NCBI GenBank assembly: GCA_964586065.1 | Contig: CAZPFW010000001.1 | Span: forward strand, 131,614 to 195,613 | Length of the DNA stretch: 64,000 nt | Origin: an uncultured Candidatus Saccharibacteria bacterium | GTDB taxonomy: Bacteria > Patescibacteriota > Minisyncoccia > Minisyncoccales > CSSED10-335 | Reading direction: 5' to 3' | Shown: one piece after another, positions 37,088 to 45,606 of the stretch | How positions within the stretch are numbered: position 1 is the stretch's first letter | Layout of the letters: every line of letters begins with the position of its first letter | The notes under the pieces: model-generated | The model's input: only the letters and a program-made list of their open reading frames with translations | Databases searched by the model: none | What the model was told of the DNA's origin: nothing | Made by a program: the position numbers and the translations under genes

Positions 37088-38155
37088 TTAAAGGTTAAGG
37101 GCTTCAGTCATTTGAGAGATTAAAGAGACTACCACCGGAGGAGCCATGAGACTGTAGAATTGATCGCCTTCTTCATCTGTCAATATCCATGGAATCTCTT
37201 TTACCTCCACTTTTTGAGAAGATTCATTCCACTCAAAACAATACTCGGGAGTGATCTCATAATCATCTACATACTCTTTGGCTAAATTAACCGGAACTGC
37301 ATTTCTCAAAAGTATCTTTGGAATACCGTATAGTGAGAAAGCTTGCTTTATCAGCTTATCATCCGTTGCAAGTCGTTCTTTTATTGGTTCTATACCAAGC
37401 TCATCTCCCTCTTTTGAAATCATCTTAACTTCGCTGCATTCGGGATTATCACAGATGAGATCAAACTCTTTCTTCTCTGGGTCATAATTGATTTTTGAGC
37501 TTGGTAAGAGTTTAAGATTTCTTGACGTCTTGCAGTCAGGACAAACTCTTCTCCACTTGATTCTTTCATTGATTACACTGTTAGGAATATCTATTAAGAT
37601 GAAAAGGTCTGGATCCTCTCTGTAGCCGACAAGATCTCTAAAGAAGAGAGAATATGATATCTGATCCATATCTCTCGGGAATCCGTCAATAAAGATAACT
37701 TTCTTCTCCCTCTTTGCAATTTCTCTTTTAACTAAAGTAAGAATTAGATCAGTGGGAAGTAATGTTTTGGTGCTCCTCTGTTTAAGCATCTCTATTATCT
37801 CATCTATACTTAACCAACCTCTGCAATTCTTTTTAAGAAATTCAATGAGCTCTTCTTCTTTGACCGAATCGGCTAATTCGGCGTCGACGTCTCTTATCAT
37901 GTCTCCGATTGAGAAATGCTCCACTTTGTCATTGCCAATAATTTCCGCAAACATCTTGGCATAAGTCCCCTTCCCCGAGCTCTTCTTTCCCATCAGATAA
38001 GCGATAAATGTGTTACCTTTATCTATATGGTCTTTTATTTTCGCTATTTCAGGTCCCGCTTTCAATTCGAAATATTCTCTTCTTTCTTCCGGATCGGAGA
38101 GATTGAATTTTCTATCAGCTCCATCCTTTCTTGTTTTAAAAATTGGAAACTCCAT
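37088..38155 (-). CDS. adenylate-kinase-family nucleoside monophosphate kinase, long form
   Basis: P-loop MGKKSSGKGTYAK, IDGFPRDMDQ, an enlarged LID with CPDC...CDNPEC, and a ~50-aa N-terminal extension. Clearly distinct from adk at 20487-21182. Confidence 0.7.
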   Translation of the reverse strand: MEFPIFKTRKDGADRKFNLSDPEERREYFELKAGPEIAKIKDHIDKGNTFIAYLMGKKSSGKGTYAKMFAEIIGNDKVEHFSIGDMIRDVDAELADSVKEEELIEFLKKNCRGWLSIDEIIEMLKQRSTKTLLPTDLILTLVKREIAKREKKVIFIDGFPRDMDQISYSLFFRDLVGYREDPDLFILIDIPNSVINERIKWRRVCPDCKTSRNLKLLPSSKINYDPEKKEFDLICDNPECSEVKMISKEGDELGIEPIKERLATDDKLIKQAFSLYGIPKILLRNAVPVNLAKEYVDDYEITPEYCFEWNESSQKVEVKEIPWILTDEEGDQFYSLMAPPVVVSLISQMTEALNL

Positions 38156-38158
38156 TTT

Positions 38159-38851
38159 CTATTTTTTATCATTTTTGATTATAAACTCCACTGCCTCTTC
38201 AGCAGTATCCACTAAAGTAAAAAGACTCAAGTCTTCTTTACTTATCGCTCGACGTTTTTGGTAAAGTTCGGTCTCAAACCAACTAAAGAGCGGTTGCCAA
38301 TAATCTTTACCCACAACAACTATTGTAACTGGATGAGATAATTTCTTCGTCTGCAACAACATTACCATCTCAAAGAATTCATCAAGAGTCCCATAACCTC
38401 CCGGAAAAAAAACATAGACCGAAGACGCAAGAGACATCATCACTTTTCTAGTAAAAAAATAATGAAAGCCAACCGCTTTTTTAACATACTTGTTTGTCCT
38501 TTGTCCATCAGGGAGTTCAATGTTTATTCCAACTGACTCTCCTTTTGCTTCAACAGCTCCTCTGTTTGCCGCCTCCATAATACCGGGACCTCCACCGCTT
38601 ATTATCGTATAACCTTTCTCTGAAAGCAGTCTGCTCAGTTTTTGAGCCTTTTCATATTCGAGATTATTTTCCGACAATCGAGTAGCTCCGAAAAAAGTAG
38701 CCGATCTTTTATCAAGTTCCGATATGAGCTCAAAACCTTCTATGAACTCGGCCATTATTTTGAAGATCTTCCAGGGAAATGATTTTCTGAAATCATCTTT
38801 TGTAAGAGGAATATTCGGATTTAACGCTTCCTTTTTTTCTCCTTTTTTCAT
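38159..38851 (-). CDS. LOG/TIGR00730-family Rossmann protein (nucleotide N-glycosidase/phosphoribohydrolase-like)
   Basis: GGGPGIMEAANRGA and PGGYGTLDEF signature motifs. Confidence 0.8.
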   Translation of the reverse strand: MKKGEKKEALNPNIPLTKDDFRKSFPWKIFKIMAEFIEGFELISELDKRSATFFGATRLSENNLEYEKAQKLSRLLSEKGYTIISGGGPGIMEAANRGAVEAKGESVGINIELPDGQRTNKYVKKAVGFHYFFTRKVMMSLASSVYVFFPGGYGTLDEFFEMVMLLQTKKLSHPVTIVVVGKDYWQPLFSWFETELYQKRRAISKEDLSLFTLVDTAEEAVEFIIKNDKK

Positions 38852-38852
38852 T

Positions 38853-39731
38853 TCATTGATTAAAAGTCAAACCGTCTGATACAATTTTTATACTCCCTTC
38901 AGTGTCAGTCCTTAGGATTTCTATACCATAATCTGACAAGATTTCCAAGGTCTCTTTATGGGGATGACCGTAACTATTACCCTTCCCCGATGAGATTATG
39001 GCGATTGTGGGAGACACTGCTTCCAGAAACTCCCTTGAAGTTGATGTTTTACTTCCGTGATGAGCGACTTTTAAGACATCTGATTTCAAATTCATAACGC
39101 GACAAACATTTGATGGTTTCAATTCTTGAGTGCAACTGTCAACCATCTCCACAAGCTCTTTTTCGTTCATCGCATAAGTATCTCCCGTAAAAAGAAACTT
39201 CCCTTGGTTTGAAACCAAACGAGCTATTATTGACGTCTCATTCAAATCACTCGCTTCTTCAATCCGATTTAAAGGATAGAGAATGTCGATATAAAAACTC
39301 TTGCCTTTAATTCTTTGACCACCTTGTGCAATCGTTGTTTCTATTTGAGAAATTGAATCTATCCATTTCTGATTTAAGAGATCGTCTTCCGAAACACCGT
39401 TCCAAATAACCCAATTTACATCATAAGAATCTATCACTTCAATCAATCCTTCCAAATGATCGCTATGAGCGTGAGATAGAATGATCAGATCAATTCTTCT
39501 CTCCCAGAAAGGAATCTCTTTGGCTATTCTCTCTTTTATTATGGACCCCGGACCTCCGTCGACTAAAATCTTATGTCCCTCGGGAGTCTTTATCAATGCT
39601 GCATCTCCTTGACCCACGTCAAAGAAGACAACCTCCATTCCATTACAAGAAGACATCTCATAAACAACACCCCAAGCGATAAGATTTACTAAAAAAAGAG
39701 TCGATAAAATTAAAAGAGACTTTCTGTTCAT
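38853..39731 (-). CDS. exported metallo-beta-lactamase-fold protein resembling the C-terminal domain of ComEC/Rec2
   Basis: N-terminal signal/anchor (LLILSTLFLVNLIAWGV), FFDVGQGDAALI, LILSHAHSDHLEGL, VAHHGS. The ComEC membrane channel domain is absent. Confidence 0.75.
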   Translation of the reverse strand: MNRKSLLILSTLFLVNLIAWGVVYEMSSCNGMEVVFFDVGQGDAALIKTPEGHKILVDGGPGSIIKERIAKEIPFWERRIDLIILSHAHSDHLEGLIEVIDSYDVNWVIWNGVSEDDLLNQKWIDSISQIETTIAQGGQRIKGKSFYIDILYPLNRIEEASDLNETSIIARLVSNQGKFLFTGDTYAMNEKELVEMVDSCTQELKPSNVCRVMNLKSDVLKVAHHGSKTSTSREFLEAVSPTIAIISSGKGNSYGHPHKETLEILSDYGIEILRTDTEGSIKIVSDGLTFNQ

Positions 39732-39741
39732 AAAAAATAAA

Positions 39742-39764
39742 ACCCCGTATGAAAGATGAGGGGC
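39742..39764 (-). terminator. weak terminator-like hairpin before the MBL gene
   Basis: Minus strand GCCCC...GGGGU (5 bp, 13-nt loop) followed by UUUAUUUUUU. The stem is short, so confidence is low. Confidence 0.3.
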
Positions 39765-39803
39765 TTTATTTAAAAATCACCTCTACCGACGATTTTGACT
39801 TCT

Positions 39804-40067
39804 CTATTCTTCATCGTCATCGCCTAACGATGAATCCAATAACTTACTTGCTTTTTCTCTCGTCGCCTCTATTTCCGAGGAAAGAATTTTAATCTTCCCC
39901 ATTGAGACGTCAATGTCTTCGCTTATCGATCTTATAACTTCCTTAGTTTCTTCGGAATCATTTTCAACCTCTTTCTTTAAATCTTCAATATCTTTCATCA
40001 ACCGACCCACCTTTTCTTCAATATCTTTGATCCCATATTCTTTTTTATCTTCTTCTTTGTTTTCCAT
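39804..40067 (-). CDS. small acidic coiled-coil protein, unknown function
   Basis: 87 aa; E/D/K-rich heptad-like sequence with an acidic tail (GDDDEE); no TM or signal. Confidence 0.5.
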   Translation of the reverse strand: MENKEEDKKEYGIKDIEEKVGRLMKDIEDLKKEVENDSEETKEVIRSISEDIDVSMGKIKILSSEIEATREKASKLLDSSLGDDDEE

Positions 40068-40078
40068 CTTGCTTTTTA

Positions 40079-41263
40079 TTAATTTTCAGGGTCAAAAGTT
40101 TTAAATATTTCTTCAAGAACATCCGATATCTCTTTATTACCGTGATCCATACTGATACGTTTTGAAATGAATTCTTTGAAATCCTTCAATGTAAGCTCTT
40201 TCTCACCGTCTGCAAATTTCTCAATATCGGGGATAATGTCTTCTTCAATTGTTAAATGAGTCTTCTCTTCTTCACTTCTCTCTTCTATGTGTTTGTTCCA
40301 TTTCTTCACTAAATCATTGATAGGAAACGGTTTTTCTTTCTCGCTTGTCTCTCCAGTTTCTTTCTTTTCTTTAGGATCCGCGCCACTCTCTTCTTTATCC
40401 GTTTTTGAAGGCTCCCCGTCTCTAATCGATTGAAAATATTTTTTCTCTTTTTGATAAACAGATACTCTCTTTTCAGCGTCTCTAATCTTGTCTCTTATAT
40501 CTCTTTGTTTGCTTTTAATGGATTCTTCGTCTTCTTTGATCTTGTCGGCTATCTCTTCTTGCGAGCTTCTTATCTTACTAAGAATACTTCTTCTTTTTAA
40601 AAAATTAACTCCGGCTAACTTCAGACTCTTTTCAAGATCTCTTTGCTCTTTTCTGAAAGATTTCAAAATTTCTCTCTGCCTGTCGTGTTTGACCTTCATA
40701 TCAGAAGCTATCACCTTCAGCTCTTCTTCTCTCGCCTTTGATTGCGCTATCTCTTCTTCTATCGGTTTTAGTTTTTCGTTATAAACATCCAACATTATAT
40801 CTATCGCTTCATTTCGATTACCTAACGCTTCTTCCAATTTTTCTTTTTCTTTTTCAAGTTTCTCCTGGCTCTTTTCTTTTCTTTCATTCAATCCATCCAA
40901 TTCTTTTTCAAGATTTACTTTTCCTTCTTCAAGAGAATCTCTCAAGCTTTCGTCATCGTTATCACTTAAGATAGACTCTATTTTCTCTATAGATTTTTCT
41001 AATGATTCAATGCTCTTGGCTATTGAATCAACTCTGATCTCTTCTTTGGAAACATTATTCTCTATCTTATTAACTTTTTTTTCTCTGTGACCAATCTTCC
41101 ATTGCAAAGTAAGCTCCCCCACCTCAGTTTTGTAAAAAGAGCTGTATTCTTCAACATGATTTTTCTTATCCTTTTCAGCTTCCAGATCGGCATCTTCCGA
41201 ACCGGTCTGTTCCGGGGATCCGAAGCCTCCTCCTTCAACTGGATTTTTGTCTTCAGTTTCCAT
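40079..41263 (-). CDS. large E/K-rich coiled-coil protein, unknown function
   Basis: 394 aa. Long uninterrupted charged heptad-like stretches (SIESLEKSIEKIESIL, EKLEKEKEKLEEAL). No TM, signal or enzymatic motif. Confidence 0.55.
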   Translation of the reverse strand: METEDKNPVEGGGFGSPEQTGSEDADLEAEKDKKNHVEEYSSFYKTEVGELTLQWKIGHREKKVNKIENNVSKEEIRVDSIAKSIESLEKSIEKIESILSDNDDESLRDSLEEGKVNLEKELDGLNERKEKSQEKLEKEKEKLEEALGNRNEAIDIMLDVYNEKLKPIEEEIAQSKAREEELKVIASDMKVKHDRQREILKSFRKEQRDLEKSLKLAGVNFLKRRSILSKIRSSQEEIADKIKEDEESIKSKQRDIRDKIRDAEKRVSVYQKEKKYFQSIRDGEPSKTDKEESGADPKEKKETGETSEKEKPFPINDLVKKWNKHIEERSEEEKTHLTIEEDIIPDIEKFADGEKELTLKDFKEFISKRISMDHGNKEISDVLEEIFKTFDPEN

Positions 41264-41319
41264 AATAATAGATTTTAATTTGTTTAAACTGCCTTATTTT
41301 AATATATATTGCAAGAATA

Positions 41320-43737
41320 TCAATATAGCCCGAGTCGAGATCGCTCCATTATCTCTTGTTCGACCAATGTCTTTGATCTTCCATACTTTAGTTTGGAGAT
41401 CTCTCTCCCCAGTGAAGCGATCTCCGGATTGCCCGATTTTGGGACGGGAGCCGCAATCTTAAACGGTGATGTTACTTTGCTGTTTATCAACATCTTAATC
41501 AAGTATTGAAAATTATCCAAGTTACCAAGATCAAATTTTGAGAATTCCGGTCTAAATTGGCTTTCTAATATCTCCGCATCGGACGTCCCTACCCTGTAAG
41601 ACGCGATGGTTCCGACGTTTCCTATAACCGCATCTTTTATTTCATCTTTAAGTTGTGGCATAAACTGATGAGCAAGAATCAAACAGAGACGGTACTTCCT
41701 GGCCTCTGAAAGTATGGTGGCGATACTGCTGGTAGTGAAGTTTTGAAATTCATCAATATAGAGATAAAAATCTTGTCTCTCATTTTCAGGAATCCTGGCT
41801 CTTCTTAATGCGACAATCTGCATCTTTGATACAAGAATTAAACCTAATAATGAGCTGTTTAATTCCCCAGTTAATCCTTTTGAAAGATTAGCTAAGAATA
41901 TCTTCTTATTGTTCATCACCTCATCGAGGTTAAATCCTGATTCGCTTTGGCCGATAATGTTTCTCATCATCTCATTCTCAATAAAACGCCCTATCTTAGA
42001 AGTGACATACCCTAACATGTCCGATCTTGTCTGCCCCGTGGTTTGTCTCCATTGTCTAAGCCAGAAATTTCTAACCAAAGGATCGGAAACTTTTTCGAGT
42101 TTCTTTTCCATAAACTGTCCGTCAGTAAACATTCTTGGAATCTCAACTAATGTTCCCGGATTCTCTTTGTCGGCCATTAGTGCCAACATCGCGTTTCTCA
42201 TATACTGCTCGAAGTTCGGACCAATGAATTCGGGAGGGAAAAGACTTGAAAAGATCATTATCATCTCAGCTATCGCCAAGTCCTTCTGCTCCGGTTCGCT
42301 CCATTCAAGCATATTGAGTCCGCAAGGTCTTTCGATATCTGACGGTTCAAATAGGACTAGATCATTCAACCTTTCCTTGGGAATACTCTCCAATGTGTGT
42401 TCAACCAAGTCCCCGTGAGGATCAATCACTCCGACTCCCCTTCCTTTTTCAATGTCTTGCCGAATCATCTCTCTTAAAAGAGTCGACTTTCCGGTACCAG
42501 TCTGCCCAATGATATAGAAATGTCTTCTTCTGTCTTCGGGAGAAGCGATGTAAATGGGTCTCTTGCTTCCTCGATAAACCGCTTCTCCTATGAAAATTTC
42601 TCCCGAATGAGGCAATTCGGATGGCGGAGGGGCTTCTTTGCTTTTTACCCATTTGATATAGGGACTCTCCATGTGTGAAAGCGGTAAGTGATAGATGCTG
42701 GCCAATTCTTCACTGTTGAGAATAAACGATATACCATCTTTAAAATCTCTAAATGCAAAATTATATATAAATTGTCTTAACCTACGCCCCTTCAACTGTT
42801 GAGTTTTAAAACCATTCATTCCTGACGAGAATTGAGCGAAACTACTCTCTATCCCATGAAGAATCTCTCGTGCTCTGTTCTTATTCTCACCAACCCCGAT
42901 CATTCGTACATTAACGCTGAAAACTGGCTTTTTTATCTTTGATCTAACACCGTCAACCACAACATCATCAACTCTAATATCATTCTTTGCCGTAACATCG
43001 CCTTTTTTCGCTTCTGCACCGGCTAAAATCTTGGATAAAGTTCCTCTGTGAGCCAAATGGACCGCTTGCTCTAATGTTTTTCCTTCATTCAAGATATGAG
43101 AAAGAACTTCTTCTCCTCTTTTTCTTATATCAAACAAGACCGGCCTTATTATGACTTGTATCGCAGCTCCCTCTGTCGAGCTAATGTTGCTGATAGAGTT
43201 TGTAATCGACTCCAAGGGATCACTGCCCAAGTCTTTATAACTGTTTATCGGAGCATAAAATGTATTTTTTAACCTAAGATAAGATGCAAAAACCTCACCA
43301 TTAGGTTCAAATATAGTATAGTCTTCCGGTTTTTTTTCCAAGATTGCTCCAGGGTAAACTCCTTGAACAAATTTATCCAAAGCCCCTTCAAGATCGGTTG
43401 GTACCGCAATATAGAAAGAGATATCGGATCCGCCAAGCTCCGATGCTATCTCAAAAGCAATTCTTGGACGTCCTTGAAAAAAAGACTTCAGCGGAGTTGT
43501 TTCGTGATCTATCCGTAGAAAGTTAGAAAAGAGCTGCTCTATTTTAGAGATCATTTTTTTAAAATCAGCTGCATCTCCGTCTTCAGAGGATTCATAACGA
43601 GGGAGTCTTACCAAGAAAAGGGACATTTCTAAGCTATGCTTTAAATGTCCCAATTTTCTCTTTCTTGAAATTAAAATAATTGCGAGAAAGAGGATTGTTA
43701 TGATCAATGCAGCTACTGTATAGTGGAAAAGATTCAT
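41320..43737 (-). CDS. membrane-anchored P-loop ATPase resembling type IV coupling proteins (TraD/TraG/VirD4; FtsK-HerA superfamily)
   Basis: N-terminal TM helix, ~380-aa unassigned domain, Walker A IIGQTGTGKST (nt 42484-42507), Walker B-like FYLYIDEFQNF, SEARKYRLCLILAHQ. Confidence 0.7.
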   Translation of the reverse strand: MNLFHYTVAALIITILFLAIILISRKRKLGHLKHSLEMSLFLVRLPRYESSEDGDAADFKKMISKIEQLFSNFLRIDHETTPLKSFFQGRPRIAFEIASELGGSDISFYIAVPTDLEGALDKFVQGVYPGAILEKKPEDYTIFEPNGEVFASYLRLKNTFYAPINSYKDLGSDPLESITNSISNISSTEGAAIQVIIRPVLFDIRKRGEEVLSHILNEGKTLEQAVHLAHRGTLSKILAGAEAKKGDVTAKNDIRVDDVVVDGVRSKIKKPVFSVNVRMIGVGENKNRAREILHGIESSFAQFSSGMNGFKTQQLKGRRLRQFIYNFAFRDFKDGISFILNSEELASIYHLPLSHMESPYIKWVKSKEAPPPSELPHSGEIFIGEAVYRGSKRPIYIASPEDRRRHFYIIGQTGTGKSTLLREMIRQDIEKGRGVGVIDPHGDLVEHTLESIPKERLNDLVLFEPSDIERPCGLNMLEWSEPEQKDLAIAEMIMIFSSLFPPEFIGPNFEQYMRNAMLALMADKENPGTLVEIPRMFTDGQFMEKKLEKVSDPLVRNFWLRQWRQTTGQTRSDMLGYVTSKIGRFIENEMMRNIIGQSESGFNLDEVMNNKKIFLANLSKGLTGELNSSLLGLILVSKMQIVALRRARIPENERQDFYLYIDEFQNFTTSSIATILSEARKYRLCLILAHQFMPQLKDEIKDAVIGNVGTIASYRVGTSDAEILESQFRPEFSKFDLGNLDNFQYLIKMLINSKVTSPFKIAAPVPKSGNPEIASLGREISKLKYGRSKTLVEQEIMERSRLGLY

Positions 43738-44099
43738 TTTTTCAAAATCCTCTTATAGTTCCCGTCTTTTGCTAATACATCGTGAAAAAGATCAAGAAGA
43801 AAAGGGTCACCGCTCTTTTTGGCAACATTCACGGCATAAACCAACCCTTTCTTTTCACTAACTTCAAGAAGCTCTTTAACCTTAGCTTTGGCTTGCTCTT
43901 TTCTTTCACTGTAAGGATCAATTACGTCTTCTTTTGGTAACTCAGCAATAATAGGTCTGTCCACTTCCGTTTCTATCTTTGTCTCCACCCTTTTATCATC
44001 TCTCTTCTCTTCCGGAATTATCGATTCTCGCTCATGATACCACTCATTGAGTGTTTCTTGACCTAATTCTCCTATCTCAATTCTTTCTTCTTTTTCCAT
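43734..44099 (-). CDS. acidic hypothetical protein translationally coupled to the ATPase
   Basis: 121 aa; its stop overlaps the ATPase start (ATGA, 43734-43737). The N-terminal half is acidic and the C-terminal segment is GLVYAVNVAKKSGDPFLLDLFHDVL. Confidence 0.5.
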   Translation of the reverse strand: MEKEERIEIGELGQETLNEWYHERESIIPEEKRDDKRVETKIETEVDRPIIAELPKEDVIDPYSERKEQAKAKVKELLEVSEKKGLVYAVNVAKKSGDPFLLDLFHDVLAKDGNYKRILKK

Positions 44100-44118
44100 C
44101 TTTTAGAGAAAGGAAAAT

Positions 44119-44151
44119 CATCTCTTCCCTTAAACCAACCGGGAAGAGATG
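44119..44151 (-). terminator. strong hairpin between the zinc-ribbon gene and the ATPase operon
   Basis: Perfect 11-bp stem CATCTCTTCCC/GGGAAGAGATG with an 11-nt loop. On the minus strand it is followed by AUUUUCCUUUCUCU, and the next ATG lies 19 nt downstream. Confidence 0.45.
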
Positions 44152-44160
44152 GTTATCCTT

Positions 44161-44319
44161 TTATTTAGAAGGCAGTATCTTAAACATCTTGGTTCCGCAT
44201 ACGGGACAAGTCCCGGTGAGGGCTCTTCTTTTAACTCCCCCCTTTCCCTTCATTTCTACTTCTTCTTCATTTTGAACTTCTCTTTTAGCTTTACACTTAA
44301 CACAATAGGCTTCTGCCAT
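44161..44319 (-). CDS. small zinc-ribbon protein (DUF5679-like)
   Basis: Translated by hand: MAEAYCVKCKAKREVQNEEEVEMKGKGGVKRRALTGTCPVCGTKMFKILPSK (52 aa), CxxC...CxxC. Below the ORF-track cutoff; the track's plus-strand ORF 44051-44275 is its shadow. Confidence 0.7.
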   Translation of the reverse strand: MAEAYCVKCKAKREVQNEEEVEMKGKGGVKRRALTGTCPVCGTKMFKILPSK

Positions 44320-44393
44320 CTTACTTAGACCAACAACCTCTCGGTCATTGATGATTTATTTTTAATCAATCGACCTTTTCTTACGCTAACTAA

Positions 44394-44421
44394 ATTATAC
44401 ATTAATTGTGATAAATTGAAA
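44394..44421 (-). promoter_or_regulatory. possible promoter of the zinc-ribbon gene
   Basis: Minus strand TTTCAA (44421-44416), 16 nt, consensus TATAAT (44399-44394) preceded by TG. The ~75-nt leader contains the hairpin at 44343-44375. Confidence 0.35.
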
Positions 44422-44445
44422 GCGAAAAATCAATCTTTTTAAAAA

Positions 44446-45606
44446 TTAGAAAGTAACCGCCTCCGCCTCTTTTAGCGCTTGATCGACTGTCTTATTAATA
44501 TCTATCTTCCTCTCTTCATCCATAATTTCCGCAATATCAGCTTTTGTTTTTGGATGTTGAGGAATAAATCTTAAACAACAGTCATCATGAGGAAGTATCG
44601 ATATGTCATAGCTTCCGATCATCTTCGCTTTCTTTATTATATCTTCTTTGTCTTCGGATATAAGAGGTCTTAGAATCAAAAACTCACAACCCTCTTCTAT
44701 CACCCTTATATTTTCTATCGTTTGGGAAGCAACTTGTCCCAAGCTCTCCCCCGTTACAACAGCAAAACATCTTTCTTTTTGGGCGATTTTCGATGAAATT
44801 TTTAACATTAATCTGCGATAAAGAATCATCCTGTTTTCAGGTAAATTATTGATAAGAATCTCTCTTTGTGCAGAGGCGAAAGGAACAAGATAGAGCTTAA
44901 TTTTCGGTTGATATCGAGATAACAATCTTGCAATCTCTATCACCTTGTTTATCGACTCTTTTGATGTTTCCGGATAAGCGTGGAAGTGGACTAAAGTTAA
45001 TCGCACTCCTTTTCTCATCATGAGAAAACTTGCCACCGGAGAATCTATTCCACCGGAGAGTAAAGATATCGCTCTGCCCCCCGAACCAGCGGGAAGACCT
45101 CCCTGTCCTTTGTACTTCTCAGTTGAGATAAAAGAGTCTTTTCCAACTATCTCAATGAAACAGATCATATCAGGATTATCCATTTGAACTTTGATATTCG
45201 GAATCTTTTTTAAAACAGCCTCGCCCACTTGAGCGTTAACTTCTTGAGAATTTATGGAAAAACTCTTCTCCGATCTCTTAGTCTCTATCTTAAATGTCTT
45301 GAATCTTTCCTTCTTAAGGAGATTGATTGTCGTATCAGATATTGAATTGATCTCTTGGTCGCTTCTTGTACAGAATAAGAAGCTGGATATGCCAAAAACC
45401 GACAAAAGATCATCCTTTAATTTCTCTTTGCTTTTATAAGCATCATCGGTTAATTTAACAAGAATTCTGCCTGATATTCTACTTACAGATAAAAATAGTT
45501 CGGTGGGAATCTTCTTTTTAATGTCATCTATTAAACATTTTTCAAAAAAAGATCTGTTCCCTCTCTTTAGTCCAATTTCGGAGTAATGACAAATAATGTA
45601 GTTCAT
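44446..45606 (-). CDS. thiI: tRNA 4-thiouridine synthase ThiI (no rhodanese domain)
   Basis: N-terminal ferredoxin-like/THUMP region and PP-loop LLSGGIDSPVA; 386 aa. Confidence 0.85.
   Translation of the reverse strand: MNYIICHYSEIGLKRGNRSFFEKCLIDDIKKKIPTELFLSVSRISGRILVKLTDDAYKSKEKLKDDLLSVFGISSFLFCTRSDQEINSISDTTINLLKKERFKTFKIETKRSEKSFSINSQEVNAQVGEAVLKKIPNIKVQMDNPDMICFIEIVGKDSFISTEKYKGQGGLPAGSGGRAISLLSGGIDSPVASFLMMRKGVRLTLVHFHAYPETSKESINKVIEIARLLSRYQPKIKLYLVPFASAQREILINNLPENRMILYRRLMLKISSKIAQKERCFAVVTGESLGQVASQTIENIRVIEEGCEFLILRPLISEDKEDIIKKAKMIGSYDISILPHDDCCLRFIPQHPKTKADIAEIMDEERKIDINKTVDQALKEAEAVTF

Noticed and set aside
37088-38155. Second adenylate-kinase-like gene as a possible assembly duplication of adk
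   Set aside because: The two sequences differ throughout in P-loop context, LID and length (355 vs 231 aa). It is a genuine paralog, not a duplicated contig segment.
40079-41263. Apparent repetitiveness (GAA/AAA/GAG runs) that might suggest a tandem repeat or CRISPR-like array
   Set aside because: There is no fixed-length repeat unit or spacer pattern. The periodicity is a codon-level consequence of an E/K-rich coiled-coil ORF that stays open for 394 codons.
41909-42418. 169-aa plus-strand ORF and the 67-aa minus-strand ORF at 42449-42652
   Set aside because: Both lie inside the 805-aa ATPase gene, antisense or out of frame, with no support beyond being open.
44051-44275. 74-aa plus-strand ORF
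   Set aside because: It overlaps the minus-strand 52-aa CxxC...CxxC zinc-ribbon gene and the start of the 121-aa gene. The zinc-ribbon reading has a clear motif, promoter and hairpin.
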